A stretch of DNA of 36,971 bases, taken from positions 310,001-346,971 of the forward strand of contig JAPETS010000032.1 of the NCBI GenBank assembly GCA_026023565.1, in the 5' to 3' direction. The notes beneath the pieces were generated by a model. That model searched no databases and was not told the origin of the DNA. It saw nothing but the letters and a program-made list of their open reading frames with translations. Shown in pieces: positions 1-13,293 of the stretch. Both the position numbers and the translations under genes were made by a program. Origin of the DNA: Cirrosporium novae-zelandiae (lineage: Eukaryota). Positions within the stretch are counted from its first letter, which is position 1. Each line of letters begins with the position of its first letter.

Positions 1-2158
1 GAATGTATCTACCGGCTCGGACATTGTTGACTACCTTCGGGAAAAGAAGGGCGCTTCAAGCGTCAGCTATGCGGAACGGATAGGCCAAGATCTCGTGTCG
101 ACTGGCTTCCTTAGACTCGTTGGTAACGTCGGGCGGCTTTTTGCCAACAGTTCGAAGATGAATTACCAATGGCGAACAAAGGCATTCCTGATAACTGGCA
201 TCCCAGAGAAAAAGAAGGAACTTGACAGAGTATCATCTATTAGTTCCGCCGCCGAAAGCGTGGTCGATTCTCCTCTTGTTGGCTCCGTTGGAGAAATGCT
301 TGCAGGGTGGAATCCTCTTAACAATGCTCATCCGAATGAAACTCCAGCAGAGAAACTCAAGCGGGAAGCAAAGGAGGCAGATGATCGATATAAAGCTGGC
401 GTCAGAAAATTGGACCTTTTGCGGTGCAACCTCGAGGAGTCCATAGTGGATCATCTAAAATTCATGGAACGATGTGAGCTTGACCGGCTGAAAGCTATCA
501 AGGCTGTTATTCTTGATTTCTCTGGAGCTATCAGCAATGTTATCCCTAGCTTACAGAGTACTGTGGACAATATGATGTTATACCAAGAAACAGTACAACC
601 TCTTGGGGATTTAAGGTACTTGTTGGAGAATTACCGCACTGGAGCTTTCATCCCAAAAGTGCAGGTCTACGACAATTATTATAACTCTGTCGATGGTAAG
701 GTTACGCCAATGCATCAATCGGGAACCCTTGCTGACTAGGTGCAGAACAATCGTTTGGAGTTGACCTTGAAGCCCGAGCCCGTGCAGATCGCAAAAGAGT
801 ACCAATCATCATCACTACTATCCTTACCTTCCTCGATAACCGTAAGATTCACCAACGCTTCCAAACTCCCACAATCATCCTTCATTCGGCTGTGCTAACA
901 TCTTAGTCAGATTACCCCGACCTTGAAGGCGATGAAGCTCGTCGTAGTATATGGCTTGTCGAGGTTCCCTTAGCAGCAACCCATCATCTCCGCAATGTCA
1001 TCAACAATGGCAGTGCAGTACCCCGCGAAGTCTTGGAACGTTATGAGATACCCATTGTCGCCAGTGTTTTGAAATTATACTTGCTTGAACTTCCTGGTAT
1101 TATTTCTTTCCATCGCCTTGCATTTTCCATCTCTAACCTTTTGACGAATAGATTCCCTCGTTTCCAACCAAGTTTATGAGATCATCAAATCCATCTACTC
1201 AACTGCCGGCTCCCCTACCGCCGAAGAAGCCCGCATCACAGTCCTTCAAAACACTTTAGGCCAACTTCGCCTGGCCAACATCGCTACCCTTGATGCCATC
1301 GTCACACACTTCACCCGTTTGATCGAACTCACATCAGCAGACGAAGAATATATTTCCGCACTCGCCCACTCACTCTCGCCATGTATCCTAAGACCAAGGA
1401 CAGAGACAACGCTTACAATGCAGGAACGCCATGCGTATAGATTGTTGAGGGATCTATTTGCGCACAAAGATGCCATTTTCGGAGAGTTGAAACGACAATC
1501 TAGTCATTCTTCGCATCGACCTCGTGGCATGACTGATGAATCCTCCCGAAGAGCAGCCATGGAAGAGCGTCAGAGAGCAATCGCATCACGCTCAAGGGCT
1601 TCCAGTCCTGCTCCACCACGTCATCGACGTGATAGATCAGTAGGAAATCCCAGTGATACACGCTTCCCAATAAACCCAAGCGGCGCCGGCTCTCCATCAA
1701 CAGCCTCTAGTTCCACAAAGCGAAGCTCACTACGAAACTCACTCGATGTTCCAGGCGCTGTCACCATGTCCGCAACTTTATCCTCACCGCCTGCTGATGC
1801 CGTTGCTTTCCAAAACGGCACGGGAGCTGATCATACGCACACAGACTCGGATTCCACAACCACATCTGTCACCTCTCCCGTAACCACATCCACAACCGCA
1901 TCAAGCTTCCAAGAAAAGAGAAATTCGCTAGGAAGATCTGCAATAGTGGGACGAGGTGGACGAAGAGGAACCGCAAGCAGTATGGGCGGAAGTAGTCTAA
2001 AACGACAGAGTTTCCCGCAGGTAGAAGGAGCAGATGGAGTAGCTAATAGAGGAAGTGTGGATAGTCTGGAGCGGGTGGAGGAAACGTCACCGGCCGCAGC
2101 GGCACAGAGATCACGTGGAGCTGGAGTGCAATTAGTCGATAAACCTATGGATGATTGA
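1..2158 (+). CDS. rgd2: Rho GTPase-activating protein, Rgd2/Rga8 family (F-BAR/DEP + RhoGAP); 5' end lies outside the window
   Basis: GT-AG introns at 696-745, 842-910 and 1097-1151 join the ORFs in frame. The spliced product reads ...LEESIVDHLKFMERCELDRLKAIK...EQSFGVDLEARARADRKRVPIII...HYPDLEGDEARR...KLYLLELPDSLV...LAHSLSPCILRPR, which are RhoGAP motifs. A Ser-rich tail ends QLVDKPMDD at the 2158 stop. Confidence 0.85.
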
Positions 2159-3637
2159 TTGATTAAGGTTAGGACAGGACAGGACAGGAACAAATGAAAA
2201 ACGTTTAGGTCTAATTAGGAGATGATACGATTATTACTATAGGAAGGAGGGGTGGGATGGTAGGAAGGAAGGGATGGATGGATGGATGAAGGTGGTGTTA
2301 ATATTATTTAAATTTTTTTCTTCTCTTTTTCTTCTTCTTCTTCTTATTCATGCATTTTATATTTATATTTATATTTCGAAGACTCTTTTTTTGTTCCCTC
2401 TCAAGGTCTTTGTGTGTTTTTTGTGTATCGAGTGTATCCTCTGATTTTTTCGGTCGGTTGAGTGAGCGAAAAGGAATCATCTTTCCGTGTCTATATTTAT
2501 ATAGTAAGTCTATCCCATCCTATCCCATCCCATTCCATTCCGTCCTATCCATCCATCAATCCATTTATATATGGACATTGCGATAGAGGGAGAAAAAAAA
2601 TAGGAGGAAGGTGCTCGATGGATAATATGGTTTGGTCTGGTATGGGTATGGGTAATGGTATGGGAGAAGGAAAAAAAAGGAAAGGAAATGAGAATGAGAA
2701 TGAGTGGACGAATAAAGGAAATGTGCTGATTGATTTGAGACGGGAAAGAAGATGGGAGGAGAGGAGAATGTGTAGGAGGTGCAAGAGGAAAGCAAACAAA
2801 CAAGCAAGGAAGGAAGGGAAGGAAAGCGCACATACCCCTTAATGCGATGCGAGTAATGTATGCGATGCGATGTATGCGAATGTCTGCAGTTGTGATTATT
2901 ATCGAATTCAATTGAATATGCAATTTGCGTTGTATTATTTATATTCTCAGGTGCATTGTTTTTTATATTATATTTATATTGATATTATATTATATTACAT
3001 GCTGCGAGTATGCAAGTGTAAATCTAGATTTCGATCTTGATGTTTACCAATACATACCATCAACGTTGTATTTATAAATGTGGCTACTACTATAAACTTT
3101 ATTAGGGAGTGGGAAAATGCGTCTGACGTTTTTCTATAGGAGAGACGGGTTTTTTATGTGAAGGGAGGGTTTAGTTACGGCGTACAGTTTCTTTTATATC
3201 CCGCAGGACTGGACTACTTTCGTGAACGATTAGACGAATAATAGCTATTAGCGAATAAATATTTCCATCTTACAGATATATAGCGTAACTGAGTTGGTTT
3301 GGCTTGGTTCATTACTTTGGTTCTTATCATTTTTATACATCCTGTCTAAAATATACATGCTTCTCTTCCTAAACCCATGCTATGCCATCCGTAATCCAAG
3401 TCATCATGACTTCCGATAATTATAATTATGCGTATGGGGGGTATTCGCCAACGCTGTCTAACAAATCCAATCCATGGTATGCGTGAAGCCATTCAAACAC
3501 CTCGTGAATGCAATGCACCGGATATGACCTCCCTATGCAGCCACAGCCAAAGACAAAATCATGTTATGGCTTTAAACGAAAACTCCGCTCATGCGTGGGT
3601 ATTTGAACACGTAGAAAAAAACAGACCATTATCCTTA

Positions 3638-5708
3638 TCACCAGCTCTCTCCATCCTTTAATAATCCCATTAATAACTCCTTTCCCACCCCCTCTAAAGA
3701 CCCCATTATCTCCTTCTCAGTCACACAACTTGCAACTTTCCTTTCATCTTTGCTCACGCTCCCAAATAGATTTCCCCTTCTTACTCTCTTTGATGGAGTG
3801 CTGATCTTGAAGCTACCATTTTTTCCATCAACTTCGGAGATGAGTGACAAGGTCTCGAGACTAGAGATTACGTCACGGAACTCGGTAGATGTAAGAGGAT
3901 GGAGAGCGCTTGAAGTACGGCAGAGGGAGGTGTAAATGTTAAACAGTTGTTTTACTGTCGGGGCGGATTTGGAGAATTTGGAGGGTGTAAAGGGGTTTGC
4001 AATGCCGTTTGCCATAGAAACCCGCTGTTGTTTCTCGGAGGAGAGAAGAGAACATAGTGCGGCCTTTTGCTGGAGATTGAGTCCTTGTAAACGTTGTGCG
4101 GTCCCGTTACCAAATGTAGCTGAAGAGATGCGTGCAATGTGCCCGATAGTAGCACGTGGTGCAAGTTCAACAGTTAGCGATGCAAGAGATGAAGCCAATG
4201 TAGAGTATTGTAAAGGTCGAGTGGTTGGCTTCAACTTTCTAGAAGGACTAGAAGGAGATGACAAATTCATGTTCTCAAGCAACGGTGTTTTTGTAGGACT
4301 AGCTTCAAGAACTTGTTCGCTGATTCTTTCTTGATGTTTTTGCTTCGTTTCACTTTCGACAATGTCGATGGCTCTGCGAATGATGTCAAAAGCTTTGCGT
4401 AGATCACCGGTTTGAGACGCTACTTTCTTTGCGCAAAGTTGGATTGCTGCTGGATGGACAAATGGAACGAAATTCTTGTCTGTGGTCGTTTCAATGTCTA
4501 GCAGAGATCGAAGGCGAGTTGTTATAACAGAGGCGATCTGCGAAGCAGTGTATGGTAGAAATGGTAACAATTCTGGCTTGAGATTCCGAGCCTTTAATCG
4601 AGGAAGAAACCGGTCGGTGAGATCGAGAGCATTGGCGATACCAATAAGCTTAAGTCGTGACTTTGGCTGAAGGGACCATTCGAACAGAGAGTACATCATC
4701 TCCATGTCTGCTGTGAGAAGATGGTCGATTTCATCCAGTATGACGAGAAATTTATCTTTCGCGCCAGATCTCCTCGAAACAAATAGATTCTGGAGAACAT
4801 CCGTATTATCAAACTCTTCAATTTCAATATCTCCGCATAGATCTTCAACTAGTTTGGATGAAAGATCTCTGGAGGTCTTCATGCTCATACAGTTGATTGA
4901 TGTCATCTTGATGGATCCTCGCTCCTTCCATTCGGTGCAGACTTCCTCAACCAAAGCACTCTTACCGGTTCCAGGAGGTCCACTAATATAAAGGCAACCT
5001 CCTGGTGCTTTTGTTGAAAATTTTTGTATGAATTCATTGATGATCGCTCGCTCTTCGTCGCGACCAACTAATTTGCCTGAGCCGGTACTCCGTACAAATA
5101 ACTGACGAGCTAATCCATAGATAGTAGGAATAGAATTAGGAGTGCTCGGTGTTCGAGGTGTCTTGGTTCCAAAAGGGTTTCCGGTGACGGTAACACGGTG
5201 TCTTGGTGTAATTGGTACTCGTTTTGATACGGCATCCCGATGACGGGGAGTTTGGGGTGTTACGACCTGGATTGATTTTCGGCTGATATCTGCGTGGACT
5301 TGTAAGTATTTAATATTTTAACAAGAATTGACCAATCTTACCTGAGATGGCTTTTGTAACTTTAAGATGGGTATTTATTTTTGCTGGGGATAGTGATACG
5401 CCAGTCTTGCTAGCCTTTGGTTTTCTACCACGTTTTGAAGGAGTAACAGCAGGAGTAATAGCAGGTCCTCCGACCGAATCTATCACGATGGGATCGCTAG
5501 TAATAGTCTCATGTTGAGATGGTCGGCTGATAAAAGGATTCTCAAGCCCATCACTGTAAATGGGAATTTGAGCTCGACGTTTGGAGCGCGTAGTAATGGT
5601 GGAAGATCCTGAATCAGTGAGCTTTGTAATTTCCAAATTCAATTGAATGTACCTACCATCAATGTCGGAAGAAGCCCGAGTTCGTTTACCCAGGATGGTA
5701 GCTGCCAT
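3638..5708 (-). CDS. cdc6: Cdc6/Cdc18 AAA+ ATPase, pre-replication complex loader (~656 aa)
   Basis: ATG at 5708, introns 5656-5609 and 5341-5290. Walker A YISGPPGTGKS, Walker B ILDEID, and LIGIANALDLTDRFLPRL and GDLRKAFD motifs. The N-terminus has many S/T-P CDK sites and the C-terminus looks like a winged helix. Confidence 0.95.
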
Positions 5709-5831
5709 TGTTACGGGATTCTTGCTGCTCTTTCAGTCTTGGATGGGGGGATCAACAAAAATTGGAGGTAGGTGCAAACTGAAGTTTGGGGGGGGGGAGA
5801 AGAATAATTTATTACGGGAAACTAAGGAGAG

Positions 5832-5918
5832 TCGCGTTCGCGAACTTGAGTCGTGTAGCGCGTTTAATTACTGTCACGCTAGTAGGCTGAAGGTTTATGA
5901 AGATTACTAATGACGCGC
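5832..5918 (-). promoter_or_regulatory. Cluster of MCB/SCB-like (ACGCG, CGCGAA) G1/S elements upstream of cdc6
   Basis: Four CGCG cores within ~90 bp (gtcgcgttcgcgaac, gcgcgt, gacgcgc), ~125-210 bp upstream of the cdc6 ATG. MBF control of cdc6/cdc18 is established in yeasts. Confidence 0.6.
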
Positions 5919-6777
5919 CCCTCAGCCCCTTCTAACCCATTTTGTCCCAGCCACACGACAGAGATGGGGGACCTTCATAGTCGCTGTCAACAATATAAAC
6001 AATCCCGTCTTTCCAGCCTCTCAAGGACCACAAAACATTCTGCTGGTTGATCATCATTTTCTTTCTTGCTTATTTCCAAGTAATCTCATCCACTTTACTA
6101 CCACTCAGAAGTAAGCATGATGGTTAGGAAAGCACCCGCGTCTGATAGCACTATCCTGAGGAATCAATCAGGTTCAAGAGATAAAAGGGCACATGAAACC
6201 TTTATGCAGCCAATACCTCAAAACAACCAGACTCCGTTGCTTAGTACCATCACCAAAAAAGTGGTCAAAGGTGGTCAAATATAATTGGAAAGACATTTTT
6301 ATTATCGGACTATTCAATTAATCCCTGTAGGGCTGCAGATTACCAAACTAATAATCTTAACCGACCAACCTGTGACGTTGCAACCTTTAGACCCTTCCCC
6401 AACTTCCACTTCTACATCTTTACTTTAACACGTTCAAGATTCTTCGCACTACTTTTTCATCACAAACATCTACCATAATGGGCGAGGGATACTCTTCCTA
6501 AGTGATTAGCCCTGGCATTAAACCTCTGTGTTAACTGTTCCCTAGTTGAATGATATCCTCTACTCATCATTTTGCCCATAGATTCGCTTGCCGCCACTGG
6601 CCACTCAATTCCATCTATCCGTACCTCAAGGCAGTTGATAAATAATCTTTCGCTATTCGAGCTAGCCTCCGTCTATCTCTATCTTCAAAAAACCCTGATT
6701 AATTCTTAAACCTATTTTTACTCTACCTTATACAAATCTCTTGCTAGAAGACGTGACATTCCAATTCTCCGTCCATC

Positions 6778-8499
6778 ATGGATGATGACGCTCTTGCTCA
6801 GTTCACGAGCATCACAGGTTCATCTCCTGAGTTGGCTCAACAATATCTACACCTTACGGATGGCAACCTAGAACAAGCTGTACAACTATTCTTTGATAGT
6901 GGTGGGGTTGATATGGGAGGGTCTGTTGCACCAACCACACAACCATCTTCGCATGTCCCAAGCAATCCAAACCCGACAAACATTAATGACCCAATATCTA
7001 TTGATTCCGATAATGAAATTTCCGACGATAATGATCCAGAGATCATAGGTTATAATCCCAGAGCTGAGAGGCCAACAGTTAGAGCAAATCCTGGGTTCGA
7101 TACACCAACAAGTGGAGACCATACAAGCATGGAAGATGACGAGGCGATGGCAAGACGATTGCAGGAAGAAATGTATGGTGGGGGAGCTATGGATGGGACT
7201 AGTGCTGATGATGTGAGGGCACCTATTGCTCGAACAAGAGAAACGCTTGTTGGCCCTGGCGCGGACTACGGTGATGATAATATGCAAGCTGCCGTGTTTG
7301 AACAGATTGAGGCTCGACGACGTGCAAGGATGCAAACAGGTTTGTTGCTTACCATTGCTTGAAGGGCTTATTTCTAATGCTAAATAGCAGGGCGACCTGG
7401 AATCTTCAATCAACAAGCTGGCTCGTCTTCGATCTGGGAAGATGAACCTTCCAACTTGGGTAGCAGACGCCAGGATCTTGCTGAGGCAACTGGAGGGCAG
7501 TCGGAGAGCTCATCTAAGGCGAGTATGCTGGCTGAAATGTATCGACCTCCATTCGAAATCATGTCAAGGCTGGCCTGGGAAGATGCGCGGGATGAAGGGA
7601 AGTCAGAGGAAAAGTGGATCATTGTTAACATTCAAGATGCTTCCATTTTCGATTGTCAGATCTTGAATCGGGATATCTGGAAGCATCCGGGAGTCAGGGA
7701 TACTATCAAGGAGAATTTTATATTCATGCAGTATACCAAGGATGACCCAGGAGCACAACAGTACTGCCAATACTATTTTCAAGCCAAGGATAGCCAGGAT
7801 GCGTATCCACACATCGCAATTGTTGATCCAAGAACAGGTGAGCAAATGAAGGTCTGGTCAGGCCCTCCTGTGCCGAAACCGATGGATTTCTTGATGCAAC
7901 TCCACGAATTTCTAGATCGATATAGCCTCAACCCTCACGCTAAAAACCCTGTGGCTCGGCGAAAACCAGAAATGAAGAAGGAGACCCAGATCGACAGGAT
8001 GACCGAGGAAGAAATGTTGGAACTGGCTCTACAGAACAGCCTAGCAGCTAGTAAGGCAGCTGATGAGATGCAACGGGAAGAGGACCCAGATGCTTTAACC
8101 AAGAGCGTTTCCGACATGAGAAGTAAAGGGAAGGGGAGGGCAACAGATGCGCCTCCAGCAGCTGAGGTTTCTGGAATAAATGGCGGATCTACACAGGCAT
8201 CGGCGTCACCATTCTCCCGGATATCTTCCACGAACCCTCATATCGAACCCTCGGCAGATCCAGTGACAACTACGCGCATCCAATTCAGACACGCCGGTGG
8301 TAGGGTTATTCGACGATTCGGTTTAAATGAGCCAGTGAGACGGATATACGAATGGCTCAAATCCGCTCCTCTAGAGGGCAAAGCCGGAACAGAGTTTGGA
8401 CTAGTGTTTATGGGAAAGAACTTGCTGGAATCCCTTGACGAGACTATTGATCACGCTGGGCTCAAGAACGGAACGGTCATGCTTGAATTTATGGAATAA
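6778..8499 (+). CDS. ubx5: UBX-domain Cdc48/p97 adaptor (UBA-like + UAS + UIM + UBX; UBXN7/Ubx5 type, ~556 aa)
   Basis: Intron 7340-7390. UBA-like N-terminus (AQFTSITG...GNLEQAVQLFF), LAEMYRPPFEIM, UAS domain (FDCQILNRDIW, YPHIAIVDPRTGEQMK), UIM (TEEEMLELALQNSL) and C-terminal UBX (TTRIQFRH...AGLKNGTVMLEF). Confidence 0.9.
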
Positions 8500-8743
8500 T
8501 AAAGGACAGCAAACTAGCAAGCTGTCTCATGACGTGACGGGAACTCGTGGATGAATAGAAAAAGGCGACAACTTATGCAGCAGTACCTAAGAGTAGCTAC
8601 GAATCCACGATAGCATTAATGAAAAGTGTTGGAGCCGTAGTAGCTTCAAGCCTGACTTTGAAGTGGCTGATAACTATGAGGCTGTAGAGAGGGTAGTGTA
8701 AAGGGTAGTGTTGATCTGGTAGGATGACATGCCTAGTTAACGT

Positions 8744-8824
8744 TGGTTCCTCTGGTTCCTCTGGTTCCTTTGGTTCCTTTGGTTCCTTTGGTTCCTTTGG
8801 TTCCTTTGGTTCCTTTGGTTCCCT
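8744..8824. repeat. 9-bp tandem repeat (TGGTTCCTY) x9
   Basis: Read directly: TGGTTCCTC x2, TGGTTCCTT x6, TGGTTCCCT x1. It explains the spurious LVP/EPK/GTK ORFs in the track. Confidence 0.95.
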
Positions 8825-9497
8825 TCCCGAACTGCTTTGGGCACCTGGTGGTCTTTTCCCCTGAAATCCAAAGCCAGTTGGATCCAAAAAAGCGGGGATT
8901 ACCTGCATCTAAAAGCCGTACAAGCGTTAAAACGATTCGGCCGCCGACAACCAATCATTGCAAGATTTGGCATCTTCGACTGAACATTTACAGCTTCCCC
9001 TTACCGCAACCTCCTGTGCGTCACCGTCATATATTCACATAGTTTTCATGTACTATGTGCTTGGAAGACAATATTAACTCTCGTTCTACCTTTACAACTT
9101 TCGCTTGACTGTCATTATCTGACATTCCGAACAGAAAATGAGGTAAGGTTAATTCGGTAAGCAACACCTGTGCCAATCTTCGAACCAGCATTCCGTCTCT
9201 CCTCGTGTGCTGGCAGACCTCAACAGACGCTGACTTTGAAATTTGTTAATTAGAAGCGAACTTTTCGTATCGAAATGACCGATGAGCCCTAACGATTTAC
9301 GATTACTCGGTATTTAATTACGATTTTTACAACGACCGACCCAGACGTGACCACGGAACGCCCAAAGACCGAACTATTGTTTACCCATTCAACATCAGCT
9401 ATACAGCCTCCAGCTCCACCCTTTCCACTAATTTGAGCTCGAAATATATCCAGGCAATTTCGGTTCACCTAAACTATCATAAACATAACTGCACAAA

Positions 9498-11762
9498 ATG
9501 GCCAGCCGCTTTGCTGATGCAGGAAGTGGGCAGGTAGATCCTGCGACACTATATATGAAGCAGCAGCATATTGGTAAATTCATGTGGTGAATTATTTGTT
9601 AGCTGTAGCTGATGTTTAATTAGGTGGTGGGAGTTTTGGTAAAGTGTATAAGGGGTGAGTTTGGATTACCCTACATTTTTGACATATATACTTACTATTC
9701 GTTTAGAGTCGATAGAAGGACAGGACAAGCTGTCGCAATCAAGATCATTGATGTCGAATCTGCTGAAGATGAGGTTGAGGACATTATTCAAGAGATTGCA
9801 ATCCTTTCAGAGCTCCACTCGCCCTATGTCACACAATATCTCGGTTCATATCTGAGAGGTTCCGAGCTATGGATTATCATGGAGTTTTGTTCGGGCGGCA
9901 GCTGCTGTGATCTCATGAGACCTGGTCTTATACCTGAAGAGTACATTATGATCATTGTCCGAGAGCTTCTCATGGGATTAGAATATCTGCATGCCGACAA
10001 AAAATTGCATAGAGATATAAAAGGTTTGTTATCTATCAAACGGCTGAACCGGCGCCGCTAACCATTTATAGCCGCCAACGTTCTTCTTGCAGCCAATGGG
10101 CAAGTTAAACTTGCCGATTTTGGTGTTTCGGGCCAATTGTCGGCAACCATGACAAAGAAAAATACGTTTGTTGGCACTCCTTTCTGGATGGCGCCAGAAG
10201 TAATAAAACAGTCTGGATATGATCACAAAGCAGATATATGGTCTCTCGGCATTACAGCTATGGAGCTTGCGAAGGGGGAACCACCGTATGCAGATATTCA
10301 TCCCATGAAAGTATTATTTTTAATCCCTAAGAACCCACCTCCGCTATTAGAGGGCAACTTCTCTAAGGCATTCAAAGATTTCGTGGAGCTTTGTTTGAAA
10401 CGAGACCCTAGAGAACGGCCTTCGGCGAAGGAGCTCCTCAAGCACCCTTTTGTGCGCCGAGCCAAGAAGACGACATATCTTACGGAGCTCATTGAACGAC
10501 ATGAGAGATGGCTTGCAAAACAAGATAAAAAACCTGCGGATGATGAAGAAGATGACGAGCTTTCAGATAATGATGTCCCCTCAAGTGATGTTGATGAAGA
10601 CCTCTGGGATTTTGGTACTGTCAGACCTACTGGGGGTAGGAGTGCCGCCCCTCTATATCCTATCAGCAGTTCGGCTGCAAATGCAAGATCTAATGAAGAC
10701 CAAACAAATGGTACTAGACCAAAATCTAGCAAAAACAAGGTCGATGATGAATACAATGTCATGTCCACCGAGACAGTAAAAGCAACTCATGTACCTGGTC
10801 AAACCCGGCCTCCTTCTCCCCAAAAGAAATCATATCTCTTTGACCCAACTCCTGAGTCTCCCACTCGATCTAAGGCACAACTACCGGCTTCTCCGCTAAG
10901 AGGATATGGGGCATTAGGGTATCGGACGAGCGAAGACTCACTAACAACAGATTTGGGAAACATGGAACTTGGGCCATCTACGCCAATCCAAGCATCTTCA
11001 AGCTTGGCCAATGAGAATAAACCAGATTCTGGGCCACCATCGAGACCATCAAGTCAAGCCAGCTCATCAAGATCAGCATCACCTTTTACGGTTCAAGAGA
11101 TACCGCCTTTTAAAGGTTCGAAGAAGCCCTCGACGCCTCAATATTCTCCATCTCCATTGTCAAAGTCCGCCGTTGGTCTAGCCCAACAATCGAAACAACC
11201 TCTACAGTCGACATCAAATCAAGCCCAACCTAATTTCCTTTCTCAACAACCTCGGCCGATACAACAAACATCCCAATATCAATTACCTCCACCATCTGTA
11301 CAACAGTTGCCTCTCCCATCAGCTCCACCCTTTACCCCTCGAGACATGCAACCACCTAAGCGCAAGTCATCTGACTCAAGCAGCTCTTTCCCAATTGCTT
11401 CTCCCGATTCAGGAGATGATGTCACCGCTCTTACTGCCGTTGTCATTCCCGCACTCGAAGCTGCATTTGAACGTCGAACTTGGCATCTCAATGCTCTCAC
11501 AAAGAAGCATTCTCCCAATGAACCAGCAAGTCCTGCCACTCGCGAGATAAATCGACAACGTGTTGAGACACACGAGCGAGTAAAGAAACTAGTCATCAAA
11601 GCTGCAGGGGTGTTTAGTGAGATTGAAAGGTTCGACAATCAAGCACCTGTGGGGATGGGTGGGGGTGTCAAGGGATTTCTGGAGGGATTCTTGGAAGAAG
11701 TGTTGGTGAGAGTAGATGCGGAAGAATGTGATTCCGCCACTGCAAGTCCAAGAAGAAGATAA
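9498..11762 (+). CDS. mst-1: Ste20-like GCK-III Ser/Thr kinase (STK24/MST3 type; Neurospora MST-1-like, ~704 aa)
   Basis: ATG at 9498, introns 9574-9623, 9655-9706 and 10024-10071, with a 31-nt exon encoding [11 protein letters not shown]. Kinase motifs VAIK, HRDIKAAN, DFG and [28 protein letters not shown] segment and the DLWDFGTVR linker motif. Confidence 0.9.
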
Positions 11763-12702
11763 AAATAAGGTGATTTGATGTAGCACGGAGTTTGAAGATC
11801 AAGAAGTTTTTATCTAATTTCGTTTCGTCTTTGTTCGGTCATTCTCATATGGAAGGAATGGGGAGTCGGGGGTGTATGTATATACATTGCATCAAGGGAC
11901 ATTATCCCCATCGATCATCGACGTCTACTCGATATCGGCCGGCGTTCAGGTCAGAATCAGATGAAAATGAGATGCGACTAAGCTGGCAAGCAAAGTCACA
12001 GATTATAGATTATACTACCACACCTGTTTCCGTATGTCTTTTTTTTTTTTTCTATTCTTCTTGCTATCTTCTTCCATTCGGGGTTTAAAATCGAAAAGTC
12101 AAACCAGAAATCAAGGAGAGAAACGAAGGCAAGAGAAGAAATCTTGTTTTTTTATTTCAAATGGTACCATACCCCCCCTTTTTTTTTAGCGTTAGCGTTG
12201 TGTGGTAGATAAATCAATCAATCAATCAAATCAAATCAAATCAATCTGATGGTTAATAAAACGTCCCCTTCGTCGAGCGTGTCCAAAAATTTTCTCTCAG
12301 CTGTAGTTAACCAGTCAGTTAGTCAAGAACTACAAACAATACTAATCCAATTGTTAAATATTAAATAATGTTGGGATATCTATACTTATTAATACTTCCA
12401 TCTTCCATTATCTAAAACTATAGTTAAAGAAAGCTCCGCTAATCTCTCTCTATGTAATTACAGTAGTCTATAGTAATAGTCAGCATGCTGGATAACATAA
12501 TAGTAATGGTAATGGATAGTATTCTTGTTTTCTTTTTTTTGGAAAGGGAGGGGGGGGGGGTTCTTGGTTCCCTTGAAGGGGGGGATGTAGGGAGAGAGTG
12601 AGTGAGAAGTGAGAAGTGAGAAGTGGTTGTGTTGTGGGTATTGTGGGTATAGGTAGGTTATGTAGGAGAGAGGTTGGTTGCAATAGTTGGTGTAAGGTAT
12701 GG

Positions 12703-13184
12703 GGATATAGGATATGGGATATGGGTTATAGGATATGGGTTATAGGTTATAGGATATAAGTAGCAAGTTACAGGTTATAGGATATAGGATACAGGATACA
12801 GGATATAAGATATAAAGTACAGGTTATAAGTTATAGGATATAAGTTATAGGATATAAGTTATAGGATATAAGATATAAGTTACGAGTTACAAGTTATAAG
12901 TTACAGGTTATAAGGTACAGGTTATAGGATACAGGATACAGGATACAGGATACAGGATACAGGATACAGGTTACAGGTTACAGGATATAGGATACAGGTT
13001 ACAGGTTACAGGTTATAGGTTACAGGTTACAGGTTACAGGTTACAGGTTACAGGTTACAGGTTGCAGGTTGCAGGTTACAGGTTACAGGTCATAGGTTAC
13101 AGGATATAAGATATAAGATATAAGATATAAGATATGAGTTATAGGTTATAGGTTATAGGTTATAGGTTATGGGATATGGGCTAT
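12703..13184. repeat. Degenerate heptamer satellite, consensus RGWTAYA (~68 units)
   Basis: In-register 7-mers GGATATG, GGATATA, GGTTATA, GGATACA, AGATATA, AGTTATA, GGTTACA and GGTTGCA, arranged in homogeneous blocks. Confidence 0.95.
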
Positions 13185-13293
13185 TTGATATCACGGTTAT
13201 AATTTACTAGCAAATTCTTTTTCTTTTTCTTTTTCTTTTTTTTTTTGGTTTATTCATTCATTCATAAAAAGATAACATACCCCACCTACCTAC

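Noticed and set aside
2350..2923. Several overlapping ORFs between the RhoGAP and cdc6
   Set aside because: Low-complexity purine/pyrimidine tracts in a convergent 3' region; no recognisable protein.
6117..6284. 55-codon ORF MMVRKAPASD...
   Set aside because: Short, with no recognisable motif; cannot be supported.
8744..8824. CRISPR-like array
   Set aside because: No spacers, 9-bp unit and eukaryotic context. The 105-bp units at 31880-32298 are likewise better explained as exon-intron duplications.
8597..9042. ORFs with EPK, LVP and GTK repeats
   Set aside because: Artefacts of the stop-free 9-bp tandem repeat; no domain or gene structure.
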